Assembly (NCBI RefSeq): GCF_009914755.1
Contig: NC_060928.1
DNA from: the human T2T-CHM13v2.0 reference genome, Homo sapiens
Reading direction: 5' to 3' (one strand)
Length of the DNA stretch: 64,000 nucleotides
Shown here one piece after another: positions 24,716 to 38,956 of this stretch. The position numbers were made by a program, and so were the translations under genes. Below the pieces are notes generated by a model that worked only from the letters and a program-made list of their open reading frames with translations, did no database searches and had not been told where the DNA came from. Each line of letters starts with the position of its first letter. Positions within the stretch are counted from its first letter, which is position 1.

Positions 24716-27700
24716 AGTAAGAATAGTAATAATAATAGTAACTATTGTTATTTCAGTTTTAACTTAGATGTGATAGATGTCCTTAGCCAAGATTCTTAGA
24801 TTTTCTGGCATCTGTTTCTTCATCTGCTCCATGGAGCAGTTGGAAGTTTGGATCTCTGTTTTTAGAACTAGCAATCTCCATGATTCTGAATATAAGTTCA
24901 ATCTCTAGTGCATATTTTAAATGAATTAAAACTGTGCTCTAAATGAACACTAATAAAACACATATATATCCCTCTCTATTCAGTATCTTTGATTACTATT
25001 TTAGAAAATCAATATTCCTTTGTTTCTCCAGTCTAAAATGCCTCAAAGAATTACAATATTGACCATTTAAGTAATAAGTTATTGCATATTTTCACTTTAA
25101 TGATTTGAAATTTCAGACTATTGACATTATCCAGTTTTCTTTGAAATTTTATTATATTTTCCCCTTTGAAAATTTTGTCTCCTTAACAGATTTAATTTAC
25201 AAAAGAATAATACAAGAAGGCATTATTGTATCTGAGTTTAAGAGACCTTAATGTTATTTAATGATTTTAGCTGGCACCTTTATAAGCTGCACCACAGTGC
25301 CAATAGATCAAAAACCAAATGCCCTGAAATTCTGATGTACTGTATGTGTTACACTTTGAAAGTAATGAAAGAAAAAGCATATTTGGAGGAGTATGATAGT
25401 AGCTTTGCTTTGTACTGAGCAGTAGGAACCCTAACTACTGCACATGCCTGTAAATCATCAAGTTACAGTAACAGGATCTGGCAGGGGGGTAGAATGAACT
25501 ATTTGCATTAAAAATCTGTCAAGTTAAAAATGCAATAAAAACAAAAAAATCAATAATAATACATTTAAATTCAAACAGTCATCACAGCACTGCACTAGCA
25601 ATCAGTCATATTTACCACGGCCACGTATGTAATAATCCTCTTGATCCATCTATAGTTACTTGCTTTGCCTCTTGAATTATCAACAGCTCTTATGGCTTAT
25701 TGCCTTGTACTTGCTTAATAAGCATTTGCAATCAATAATCTTGCCACAGAGTAAGAAGCAACCAGCCAGCCAAGCCCAGGGTTTAAATGCCTCACAAGTT
25801 ATCGTTACATCGGTGTGAACGACAAAGAGGTGGCTGTGCTAATGGGAGAGGCATGCAGTAAAAAGGTAATTTAGAAAAGCTGCTTACTGCAATGTGTGGA
25901 TCTTACCATGGTTGGTGGTGTCTCAGCTATGGGGAACAGTCACCCTTGAAAACACATCTTCAAATCCTTCCCAGAGGTGCTTTTACAGTGATCATCATCT
26001 CCAGCAGCTGTCTTCTATATCTTCCTATCAACATAACACATCCAGTTTGCCTGAAGTGCTTTTTGCCTGACTGGAAAAGCAAACAGTTATTTTCTTCATT
26101 CCATGGTATATAATGGAGAACAGAAATTTATATGCAAATTTGAGTATTAGTGACACTTTGATGAGAAGAGTTTAAGGACCAATTGTAGTTGTCAAAAATG
26201 TTTGAAAACCCCTATTAACGCCATTCACGTGGAACATAAAATTGAAGATCCAATAGAGAAAGTGTGTTGTATAGAGAGCAACATCATATTGCTTATTTTA
26301 TTCAGTCTGTTGAATTGCAGAGATTCACAGATTTTTGTAAAAGAGACAATTGGAAATACATTCATCAGGATAATTTTATTTCATTTTTAAACTTGTAAAT
26401 GTTAACTATACTTGTTATTGCTATTACTTAAAATTTACAATTTATCCACTATGCAAGAAACGTTACAGAATGTATTTTAAAAACACTGCTTTTGCTCCCA
26501 CAGAATATGTATTAAGTAACTAACACAGGAGAGTAATCATTTGAAAAATAAGGCTTGGAAGTGCTTATTTGTATTATCACCTGTAAATTAGATCCTAAGT
26601 CCAACAAATTACATTTAACATTAATTTTAGCATGGTTTAACACTGTAAAGTGTGTTGTGTGGTACAGTATTAGAAGGTGTCCAGGTATCGGCTGAGGCTT
26701 CTTTCCAGGACCATTACACATCAGAGATGAGTGATCTCTTACTGGCCCACACTAAAGTCTCTTCAGGCCCCTAATAAAGCTTTCACCCAGGAAGAGCTGG
26801 GTGTGATAACCTCTTCATGTAGTCAGAAACTGAAGCACGGAAGGGTGTTGCCAAGTCTCTCCCTGAGGAATAAAACTAAGGGTACAGGCAAACAGGACAA
26901 AAGATGTTCATTACAGAGTGATATCAGGACTACAGAGTTCATTAGAGTGATGGAAATCTCCAATAGTTTCTAGAATGGTAGATTCTGTTGTTACCTTTAT
27001 ATTTCTTCTTAATTCTTCATAGTGATTGCTAATATTCTATTTTAGGAACTTAAGGGAAGAAGAGACGGGAAATTGATGAGGCTATATGTAAATCTATCTT
27101 ATGGGGGAGTGAAAACTCAGGTATAGGATGGGTTGAATTAGTAAAAAGGGAATTGATTCTCTGAGGTTTTTTATAGGGAGATAAGAAGAGCAGAGGGGAT
27201 TATGCCAGTTAACATTTGGCTGTTAGATTAAAAAGAAGATATTCACCTTGTTCTTTATGAAAATGTGAATATAACACAATATTGTTGAATCATATATAAA
27301 TTGTTTTCAATTTAGTATCATATTGTAAACATTATAAAAATAAAAATATTTTCACCAAAATATGATTAAAATCTGTTTTACTGTTCCTTCACGTGGATAT
27401 GCACTAACTTAACATTTTATAACTTCAGTGATATTCAGTTTGCTCCTAATTTTCACTATTGAAAGTAGTGGTATAAAAAATGTAATGCATAAATTTTGAT
27501 CCCTGACCTCTCTCTCACTTTCTTTTCCATAGGGACAGTCAAGTTATCATTAATTAGGATGTTAGGTAAGGATTGTGTTTTGCAGATGACCTGTAACAGG
27601 TTAAGGATACTCTCTTATACACTAAATGTGATGCATGTTTTTTTTATCATAAATTGGTAGATTTTGTCAAATGCTTTTTCCTTACCTATGGAAATGATAT

Positions 27701-27831
27701 TATGGTTTCTGTCATTTAATCTATTAATATGATATACTACACTGATTTTTTAAAATATGTTGAGCCAATCTGGAAATCCAGAAATGGGTCTTCTCAGTCA
27801 TGTTAAATAACTCTTTAATGGGTTGTTGTAA

Positions 27832-28197
<366 letters not shown>

Positions 28198-29281
28198 ATT
28201 TTTGTATAATTTTTATCAGATTTTAGTAACAGGATAGTATTGCGATTGGGATGAGTTACTTCTCATTATTTTTGAAAGAGTTTGATAAGCATTGGTATTA
28301 TATATTATTAAATATTGGGTGGACTTCACCAGAGAAGCTATCTGGTCTTGGGATTTTTAGGGAAATATTTTAATTACTAGCTCAATCTTTGTACTTTCTG
28401 TGATTCTTCTCATATTTTCTACTTATTCTGTTTTTTTCTTCGCTTTTGATAGTTTGTGTTTTTGTAATAATTTGTCACTTCATCTAAGTTATCTAATTGG
28501 TTTATGTAGAATTGTCCGTACAAAGTTTGTTCCCTGATCTTAATAATAAAAAAGTGAAAACTAATGACAAAAGTATTGACTAAGAATTATTTTTAATTTC
28601 TGTATGGTCAGTAATATTTTATTTCTGTAATGTCGTTTATTGTTGAATTTAAGAAATTATGCCTTTTCTCTTTTTTGCTGGCTTGTCAGTTATATCAATA
28701 TGTTGGTTTATTCTCAGAAATAACATTTGTTTTAGTTGCTATTCTTCATTGTTATTTCTGTTCTCTAATTAATGTAAAGTTTTGCTCTAACATTTTCCTT
28801 TTGCTTACTCAATTTAATTTGCTCTTTTAATTGTTTAGTTCCTTAATGTGAAAGATAGGTTATCCATTTCAGATAATTCGTTTTCTTAATGTGAAAATGT
28901 ACAACTATAAATTATTCTGTAGGCTCTGGTTTAACTGAATCTTATAAATTTTGATAAATTTTGCTTTTGTTTTCATTCATTTTCAAGTATATTTAAATTT
29001 TTCTTCTTATCTGAAATTTCCGGATAGCTTTCTTTCCTTGTCTCATTGGTCATTTATGAATCTGTTGCTTAATGTTCACACTGTGTTGAATTTCCCAATA
29101 TTTCTTTGGTCATTAATTCACATTTTCATACCAATGTGTTCAGAGAACACAATTTGCATAACTTAAATACTTTAAATTATATTGAGATTTGTTTTACAGT
29201 CTAACAGTGCATCCCAAAGTGTTCCATAGGGGCTTATGAGAAGTATCTATTCTGTTGTTGGGTGATATGCCAATCCCTACC

Positions 29282-29539
29282 TTTTTTTCCTTTTTTGATA
29301 CAGTCTTGCTCTGTCACCCAGGCTGGAGTGCAGTGGTGCAGTCTCAGGGTCACTGCAACCTCCACTTCCCATGTTCAAGTGATTCTCGTGCGTCAATCCC
29401 CGGAGTAGCTAGGACTACAGGCCACCACAAACTGCTATTTTTTTGTTTTTTAATTTTTAGTAGAGACAGGGTTTTGCTAGGTTGGCCTGGCTGGTTTTGA
29501 ACTCCTGGCCTCAAGTGGTTCACTCACCTTGGCCTCCAA
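29282..29539 (-). mobile_element. Old Alu (J/S), 5'-truncated
   Basis: Diverged antisense Alu body after a T tract. Confidence 0.9.
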
Positions 29540-30498
29540 TTTCTGCTTTTTAATTGCATTGTTTTATGTATTAATATTTACCAGACTAAGGTAAAACTTA
29601 AGTCTGCAATTTCATTTACTTTTAATGTCTTATATATTTTTAAGTCTGCAATTTCATTTACTTTTAATATCTTTTATGTTTTTTCTCTATCATCCATTAC
29701 TGTCTTTTGTTTTGTTAAATAAATATTTTCTAACATATTGTTTTACCACTGTCATTTCTTATACAGTATGTTTCTGCATTTTCTTCTCAGAGATTATTTA
29801 TATTATTAAAATCTTTTCCGAATTAATAGCAACTAAATTTCAACAGTACAAAAACAACTTTATTCCAATAAAACTCAATTACTGCTCGTCTCCTTTGTGG
29901 TTTTATTTTAATATATATTACATATTTATGCACTGTCTTCTCATAAACACATTTCTAATGATTATTCACACAACTGTCTTTTAAATCAGAAGTAGAAAAA
30001 ATTACAGATAACAGTTATTTAGTTATCCTTTGTATCTATAGTTACATTTATAAGTGTATTTATTCAAGTTATTGGGAAATATCGTGTAGAATCCTTTTGT
30101 AGTAGGTTTAACAATTGCTAATTTCCTCAGTTATTGTTTATCTGAATATATAAACTTCTCGCCAATTTTTAAAGAATCATTTTACTGGATATAGAATTCT
30201 TGGCTTACAGAATTTCTTCTTTATTTCCACATTTTTAATATATCACCCAAATTTCTCTAGCTTCTCTAATTTGTGGTGAGAAATCAACTGTTAATTTTAT
30301 GGAGAATTCTGTAAGTGTACTGTGTCATGTCTTTTTTCATGCTTTCAATATTCTCCCTATGTCCTATCATTGGAGAGATTGATTATAATGTGTCTAGGTG
30401 TGAATCTCTTTGGGTTTATCCAACCACTAGTACGTTGAGCTTTTTATATATGCAGAATAATATTTTTCACCAGATTTTGGACATTTTTAGTGATTTTT

Positions 30499-32458
30499 TG
30501 AGGAATATCTTTGTGATGTTCTCCCTATTTCCTGAATTTGTATGTTGGCCTCTCTTGCTAGGTTGCGGAAGTTCTCCTGGATAATATACTGAAGTGTGTT
30601 TTCCAACTTGGTTCCATTCTCCCCATCACTTTCAGGTACACCAATCAAACGTATGTTTGGTCTTTTCACATAGTCCCATATTTCCTGGAGGCTTTGTTCA
30701 TTCCTTTTCATTTTTTTTTTCTCTAATCTTGTCTTTATACTTTATTACATTAAGGTGATCTTTAATTTCTGGTATTCTTTCTTCTACTTGATTGATTCAG
30801 CTATTGATACCTGTGTATGCTTCAGGTAGTTCTCGTACTGTGTTTTTCAGCTCCATCAGGTCATTTATGTTCTTCTTTAAACTTGTTATTCTAGTTAGCA
30901 GTTCCTGTAAACTTATTTCAATGCTCTTAGCTTTCTTGCATTGTGTTAGGACATGCTCCTTTAGCTGGGAGAAGTTTGTTATTACCCACTTTCTGAAGCC
31001 TGCTTCTGTCAGTTTGTCAAACTCATTCTCCATCCAGTTTTGTTCCCTTGCTGGGGATAGAGTTGTAATGCTTTGGAGGAGAAGAGGCATTCCGGGTTTT
31101 GGAATGTTCAGCCTTTTTGCGCTGGTTTTTCTTCATCTTCACGGATTTTTCTACCTTTGGTTTTTGATGTTGGGGATCTTCGGATGGAGTTTTCGGGTGG
31201 TTGTCCTTTTTGTTTATGTTGGTGCTATAGCTTTCTGTTTGTTAGTTTTCTTTCTAACAGTAAGGCCCATCTTCTACAGGTCTGCTGGAGTTTGCTGGAG
31301 ATCAACTACAGAACCTGTTTGCCTGGTTATCACCAGTGGAGCCTGCAGAACAGTGAAGATTGCTGCCTGCTCCTTCCTTTGGATTCTTCCTCCCAGAGGG
31401 GCACTTGCCAGATGCCAGCTGGAGCTCTCCTATAGGAGGTGTCTTTCAACCCCTGCTTAGAGGTGTCTCCCTGTCAGGAGGCACGGGGGTCAGGGACCCA
31501 CTTGAGGAGGTAGTCTGTCCCTTAGCACAGCTCGAGCTGGGAGATCCGCTGCTGGGAGATCCGCTGCTCTTTTTAGAGCCAGCAGGCAGGAACGTTTAAG
31601 TCTGCTGAAGCTGCACCCACAGCCACCCCATTCCCCAGGAGCTCTGTCCCTGGGAGATGGGAGTTTTATCTAAAAGCCCCTGAGTGGGGCAGCTGCCTTT
31701 CTTTCAGAGATTCCCTGCCCAGAGAGGAGAAATCTAGAGGGGCTTGCTGAGCTGCCATGGGCTCTGCCCAGTCCGAACTTCCCAGAGGCTTTTTTCACAC
31801 TGTGAGGGGGAAACCACCTACAAGTCCCAGTAATGGCGGATGCCCCTCCCCCTACCAAGCTTGAGCATCCCAGATCAACTTCAGACTGCTGTGCTGGCAG
31901 CGACAATTTCAAGCCAGTGGATTTTAGCTTGCTGTCTCCGTGGGGTTGGGATCCGCTGAGCAAGATCACTAAACTCCCTGGATTCAGCCCCCTTTCCAGG
32001 GGAATGTATGGTTCTGTCTCACTGGCATTCCAGATGCCACTGAGGTACGAAAAAAAACTCTTCAAGCTAGCGCAGTATCTGCCCAAACAGCTGCCCCATT
32101 TTGTGCTTGAAACCCAGGGCCCTGGTGGTGTAGGCACCTGAGGGAATCTCCTGGTCGGCGGGTTGCACAGATCATTGCTGAGGTATAGTATCTGGGCCGA
32201 ATAGCACAATCTCCCATGGCATGGTCCCTCAGGGCTTCCCTTGGCTAGGGAAGAGAGTTCCCTGACCCCTTGCACTTCCCTGGTGAGGCGACGCCCAACC
32301 TGCTTCTGCTGGCCCTCTGTGGGCTGTATCCACTGTCTAACCAGTCCCAACGAGATGAACCGTGTACCACAGTTGAAAATGCAGAAATCACCCAGCTTGT
32401 GCGTTGGTCTTGCTGGGAGCTGCAGACAGGAGCTGTTGCTATTCAGCCATCTTGCCCC
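30499..32458 (-). mobile_element. L1PA7/8-like 5' UTR plus ORF1 N-terminal part; the 3' portion is missing
   Basis: 5' end ggggcaagatggctgaatag (reverse complement); ORF1 fragments ENEFDKLTEAGFRKWVITNFSQLKEHVLTQCK and SLQEIWDYVKRPNIRLIGVPESDGENGTKLENTL. Confidence 0.92.
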
Positions 32459-33027
32459 TATTGTAGATTTCAACCACAGAATTTCATTCTGGTTCTTTTT
32501 TATAATGTCTGTATCTCATGGTATTTTCTAATTGGTAAAGCATCATTCTCATAGGTTCCCTTAGATTTTTAGACAAAGTTCCCTTCTCTTCTTTGGACAT
32601 AATCAAGGTGACTGATTTAAATCCTTGTCTATTAAGTTCAACATCCGGGCTTCTTCAGAGACAGTTTCTATTTACTCCTTCTTTCTGTGTATTAGACATT
32701 TTTTTTTATATAATTTGTGATCTTCTATGAAAAGTAAGATTCAGTAATTTTCCTTGAATAAATAATCCTTGAATTGCTGTAAGCCTTTGGTTAATTCCCA
32801 GATATCTGAAAAAGTTTATTGATTCTAACAAGTGTTTCCAGTGTTTTTGTTGCCTTTACAGATAACAAGAATTTGTCAGTCCTTTACTTTGCTATATTTA
32901 CTGATAGTATTTCCAAAATATTATTATAATTGAGCTTAAATAATTTAGACAGGTTATATAAATGCAATGATCACTTTACTTACCCATATTAATACCTGAC
33001 CTGCTTGTGAAGATTTTAACTGTATAA

Positions 33028-33264
<237 letters not shown>

Positions 33265-34639
33265 TAACCTGTTAATTTATTATCCAAAATACTATGAAAA
33301 TGCCCACCTAATCATATACCTACTCAAATATAATTTTATATTGTTTTACATCTTTGTTAATTTGAAAATTTTTAAATGCTTGCATGCTTGGTTAAATTTG
33401 TATTTATAACAAGGAAGATTAAATTTTTATGTATTAATATTGATTGTGTTTCTTCTTGTATCGTTTGACCATATACTTTGCCCTTTTTCCCTGCAGTCCT
33501 ATTTTTTGTTTATTATAGTTGGATTATATCAGATTACAAGTAGCAAATTCCCTATACATACCAAGGATTTATTGAATGACTGCATGAGAAATGTTTAAGA
33601 AACTTTATAATTTTTGAAACCTTGAATTTTGAACAATGTTCAAGGTATTATAGAGGCTCTAGTTATACAAAAAGCAGATCTGATGCCTCAATAGTATCTG
33701 TAGTAGATTCATCTACTCATGACCTAATGCTTTCATTATTTAGCACTTTATCCATATTTTATCTTCCTATCCTGTTCTTTACTTACTCTCTCGGCCCTTT
33801 TCTAATACAAGTCTTCTGCTTTCTCGTGGATTCTAGTGTTGTTTCTATTTGATATTTTTATCATTTTGTGTTCTCTGCAACTGCCCATTTATTTCATTTA
33901 ATTGTTACTCAAACTCACCAAAGCTTATTTTGTAAGACTACAACTCACTGAATTAATTTTGTCTATTACAAAAAGATTTTATGCATGTCCATCTCATATA
34001 AGTTGTTGACTATTATAAATAGCTGCATATGGTAAGATGTCCATTATAAATACTGCATATGGTAATATGTCCATAAACAGGTGTTTTTTTACACCACTAT
34101 GGTATGGTGAAGTTAAGTTGCAAAAGAAAAAAATAAAATAAAATAAAATAAACTTTCAAATGTGAGTAATAAGCCAAATTGATGAACTGAGATTTTTCAT
34201 AAAACTTCATCTTTCACAGCATATCTGATATTAATATTTTATTTTCATGAGAACTTACAAAAGAACACACTTAAATTAATAATCTTGTATACTTCACTTA
34301 TATTATTCTGGTGAATAACAAATTACCACAAGCTCACTTTTCTTTTATATTACATACTACTATTTCATACTTTTTTTCTCTTTGGAGAAGTATAATATTT
34401 AATCTGTATATTTTCTATTGACGTGTGTTCAAATTCACTAAGTATATCTGCTTCCAGTAAAGTCTCTGTACATTTGATTGCCGCTTCTATCTCAGTAGTA
34501 TCTTTCCTTTATTATTTCTTTAATTTTTACTAACACTTTATTAGTTAGTGTGGCGGTGGAAATTGTAAGGGGAAGTATCTGTTGTTTTGAGTATGCACCA
34601 GACTTAGATATTTACCTTGTTCCTGTTTACTTTTAACTT

Positions 34640-36110
34640 ACCTAAATCAGGCTTTTGTAACCATCAACACTCTCCCAAACTGCACATAACAAATACTTTC
34701 ATTTGCAAAATCTAGTAGTGAAGTTCAAATCCTGCTTAAAATATCAGCTGCACCAAACATAACATAATACTCTCTTACAAGATGCGTTCTATGCTTGGTT
34801 TCCAAGAATTTACATTTGCATCTTTGTTTTATTTTTTTCCTGGTTGCTTTTTCTCAGTCTCCTTTGGAGGGTGGTTTTCATCTGTAAATTCTATTAACAC
34901 TAGCGTGTCCGAGAATTCTGCTCTTGATCTCTCAACCTTTAAATCTGTAGAAATTGCATAAATTCCTTAAGTTATTCCTTAAATTATGTCAGTTAATAAC
35001 TTATAAGCATGTATGTACTGATAATCCCTAAATTTATATTTCTAAGTCAGGCATCTGTCTTGGAATCTAGACTTACATATTCAACTGACTACTTGATATT
35101 TTTCAATGAGTGTCTAATATGCTTCTAAAATTTAATTTTCTACTATACTTAAAAACACACAACAGTGTAGGTAAAACATACAACAGTGTCTGATAAAGTT
35201 ATTTTATCCTCCAGTAAGCTCCAACTATGTCTGCTCTTCCTGCATCCTGCTCTATGGCAATTTCCTCATTCATTTTAAATATATATGTATATATTCTATT
35301 ACATATTCTAGTATATATTCTAATATACATATAAAACTTTCTTTTTTCTTTCAGTAACAAATATATTTCAATTAGTTCTGTTGGACTTGAAAGCAGAATA
35401 CATTAACTTTTCACTATTTCTATTGCTACTATTCTGTTCAAAGTCATCAATATATTGGTCATAATTTTTCTATTGGCTTCTCATTGTCTTCCTGATTCCA
35501 CCCTTAATCTTCCTTAGTCTATTGTCATGAAAGCAGTTATACTGATTTTATTAAAATGTAAGCTAGATCATATTGCTGTCATGCTCACAACTCTTTAGTT
35601 GCTCTCTTTCTTACTGAGAAAAGCAAATTAAAGTTATTGTTATCCTCTAGCTCCTGCATACTTTAGTTTCCATTGTTTATCTGACCTCATCTTCTGCTAC
35701 TCTATTCTTTCACATTATTCCATGGAGAGTTGCCTCCTCCTAATTTCTGCAACCATACTTGCTCCGTCTTCAGAGCCTTTGTACTTGATACTCTCAAATA
35801 TCAACAGTGCTTAATCTCTTTCTTAAATACTTTAACTCAAAGATTATTTTCTCAAAAAAAGCTTTTATGGTCAGCCAGCAAAAATTTCAGCCTCTACTTG
35901 ATGATATCATGTATCCATATGAAATCTCAAGTGTTTCTGTTTGCCAGTTGCTATGCTCAGATTTTCTATTTACCTTATTTGGTAATCATTGCATCATTAG
36001 AAAACTGGATGAGTGTAGGAATTTGTTTATCTAGTTTATTGCTGTTTCTCTAGCACATAAAACAGAGGCTGATCTATAATTGAAATCCAATAAGTATTTT
36101 ATACGAATTA
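34640..36110 (+). mobile_element. L2 (L2a-like) remnant
   Basis: aaatcaggctttt; ctagacttacatattcaactgactacttgatat; ttaaaatgtaagctagatcat; tctgacctcatcttctgctactct; degenerate L2 3' end. Confidence 0.7.
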
Positions 36111-38741
36111 GTGTATTTTACTCTATGACCCAATATGGCATTGTCAATTTTTTACAATTAGGGTCTCCTTCATAACCATAACAAATGTCTTTCTACTTAG
36201 TTGTTTATGGTGGGCACTTTTCCCTTCCTCTTTGTGTTGCTGTAGAAATCAGGCATGATGTGTGCTCTTCCACCACAGTGAAAGTTAAGAGTGGCAGACT
36301 CTACTCCTTGCAAGGGGCAAGCCTAAATATAGAAGGAATAATTTTAATTTTGAGAGGGTTATTAAATAATATATTGTGGTCATAATTATATGTAAGCCAA
36401 ATCCTCCAGTCCTCCTTTATCAATTCTAAAGCTATTACTTTTATCAATACTTGTTCTATACTTTTGTCTCTCAATAAGTCTAGAATTTTCAAGTGGAAGA
36501 TCAGCGCTTAATGTTGACACTTGAAGTTTAAAATCCATTGACAAATACTGGAAACAGATATGGACTGGCATTTCCTGAGCAAAATAGCATGTCGTACACC
36601 ACCAAGTATACAGCTTTGATTTTTAGTGCTCTTGTAAATTTGACTTTTGTTGTATTTGTACCTCAGTAGTTTTTTGAGATTTATATTGAGAGTGAATTTT
36701 TATTACTGTAGATGTAATCTGTGGGGTACAAACAACATTCTTTGTAAGACCCTCTGACTTAACCAGAACTTACTGTAGATATATGTCCTTTCAATAAACA
36801 ATTATGGTTGAGATAAAGATTATCAATAAGGAAAAAAACATGTTATTACTTAGTAAAATTCACCTCAAAATATGAAGGAATTGTATATACAAGATTTCTA
36901 GGAAGCAATAGAAGAGAAAAAAATTTTTGTTTTTATTTTTAATTTTTTGATGCCTTCTTTCCCTCATCCATATCTTTAGTATGTGATTTTAACCTGCAAA
37001 GGCAGTTAAATTCCATGAGCCTACACAGCATTCAGTTGTGTGTTTTGTGCTGTGCACAAACACTGTGTAAGCAGTGTTAGAATAACTGTTTGAAATTCTG
37101 TTCCAATATATGATATTTTAATCCATAATTAGGGAAAAACGGTGGAAGTATTAATTATTGGAATCATGTGCTTGTCTTTAACACACTAAATCCCACTTGC
37201 AACCATTATGGCATCAGAAAATCAGAGTGACTTCTCCATTAGAAAGGTCATTAAATTTCTTTATTCAGTCATTAAAATGAATGATGTATCATATTATAAA
37301 AAGTATATGCTGTCCTTATGAGTTAAGATTGAAAAATCAAATAAATTGTTTTAAGTGCAAAATTTAAGTCAGCGCTATAAATTAAAAGCTAATGTTCCTT
37401 TTTTAGAAATAAATTTTGCCCATAAAATCAAGCATATTGGTTTATAAAAATACATTTCTCTCTTAATATTGAAGTAGGAGTAATCAAAATGTTCTTTATT
37501 TCTCAATTTGTCCTTAAAGGAGAGCTTTATATGTTACCCTTCTTAAACATTATCACTAGTTAACATACCTTCTTCAGAGACGAAGCTTCATAGATAATTG
37601 GATTTTGTCTTGTAAAATAAATGGAAGATAAATGTTACCTATCGTCTTTTATCTCTGAACCTTCCTAACTAGTTGAACATTCCCTGGCTTGATTTTGATG
37701 CAAACAAGCCCAACTTCTATTTCTTCTTAATCTCCAGGGTTATAAGGAATGTTATCCTTTTCTGATATTTTCTAAGGTGTAAGTTATTAGCAAACCTAGT
37801 CAGCCGTGATATGTTATTCAGTGATTAGAAAAGCAAACCCATTACAGTGTTAAACTATTTTGGTGGCTGAGACTGGTTTACTTGAATGTCAGTTTCAAGT
37901 TTTGCAAAACTTTAAAAAGATCCTGATTAAAGAAAAAAAAAAGCTTCACTAAGTTAGTAAATAGATCATCATGTTTTCTAACAAGCAGAGATTTGGTTTA
38001 AGATTCTTATCAGTTTGTTCTCTGGAAGACCGCACAAATCTGAACCCATAAGTGACTATGCAGTAGTGACAGATAAGGAAAATGTAGGAAACTCCGAGAT
38101 AACCAACCTAAAAGCCCTTGATTAATTACATCTGTGTTCCCACTCTACTTGTATTCTCTACGATAGCTGCTAAAGCTAATAAATTTCTTCTTGCTTTAGG
38201 TGTAAGAGAACTAAGACGTTGTTTTCTTTCTGGGAAATTTCAATAGTAAAATTCTATGAGTCGGAGGGAAGCAGCAAGGCCTTAAATAGACTGCTTAGGT
38301 CATCATCCAAAACAGTGTCAAAAACCCATATTTTCATGTAATACTTCTAAATGTAAACTACATTACTTCAGATTACCTTTCAAATAATAAAGTTTTTCTG
38401 TTCTAAATATAATCATTCTTTTCTCTAATGCACATTATTAAGGAATCATTGTTTGTAAAGTTTTACAGTCTACAGAGTCACTTCATATCCCTATTCTACA
38501 GGGGAAAAATTGCATTATAAAACAAGTCATGGGCCTTCAGTTTTCTTTTGTTTTACTTTCCAAGCAGTTCCACAACATATTGTATCTACGTTCACATAGA
38601 ACTTACAATTTTTTCCCGTTATTTATAATAGTATGACAGGTTTTCATGTATTATAGCTCTGTGGAGGTGTTATGTTTTCTTCTAGCCAAAGTCATTTGCT
38701 TGATTCAATACTGATGAACTTAAAAACGTCTATTGTGTATT

Positions 38742-38951
38742 GGTGTTTCTCAATAGGAGAGGGTTTGGCATTTTAAGTGAGACAATTCTTTATATAGAAA
38801 TATCCCTTTTGTTGTAAAAGGACTATTTTTCCAAACACTTACCCTGACATTTTATTAGCATACCTGTGTAATTAAAACATCTAAAATAGGTTTCCATTTT
38901 TTTTCTATATGACCTTCAGGAGAATGATGCCATCATTGCTTGAAATCACTG
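38742..38951. mobile_element. MER117-like hAT MITE remnant
   Basis: gtgtttctcaatagg...ttggcattttaagtgagacaattctt ... ttgaaatcactg termini. Confidence 0.5.
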
Positions 38952-38956
38952 CATCT

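Noticed and set aside
30792-32473. Long ORFs of 222 aa (+) and 267 aa (-)
   Set aside because: They lie in the antisense of L1 ORF1 and in the L1 5' UTR; they are repeat-derived with no independent coding signal.
36301-36571. Minus-strand ORFs of 61-63 aa in unique sequence
   Set aside because: No recognisable domain or splice context; the length is expected by chance.
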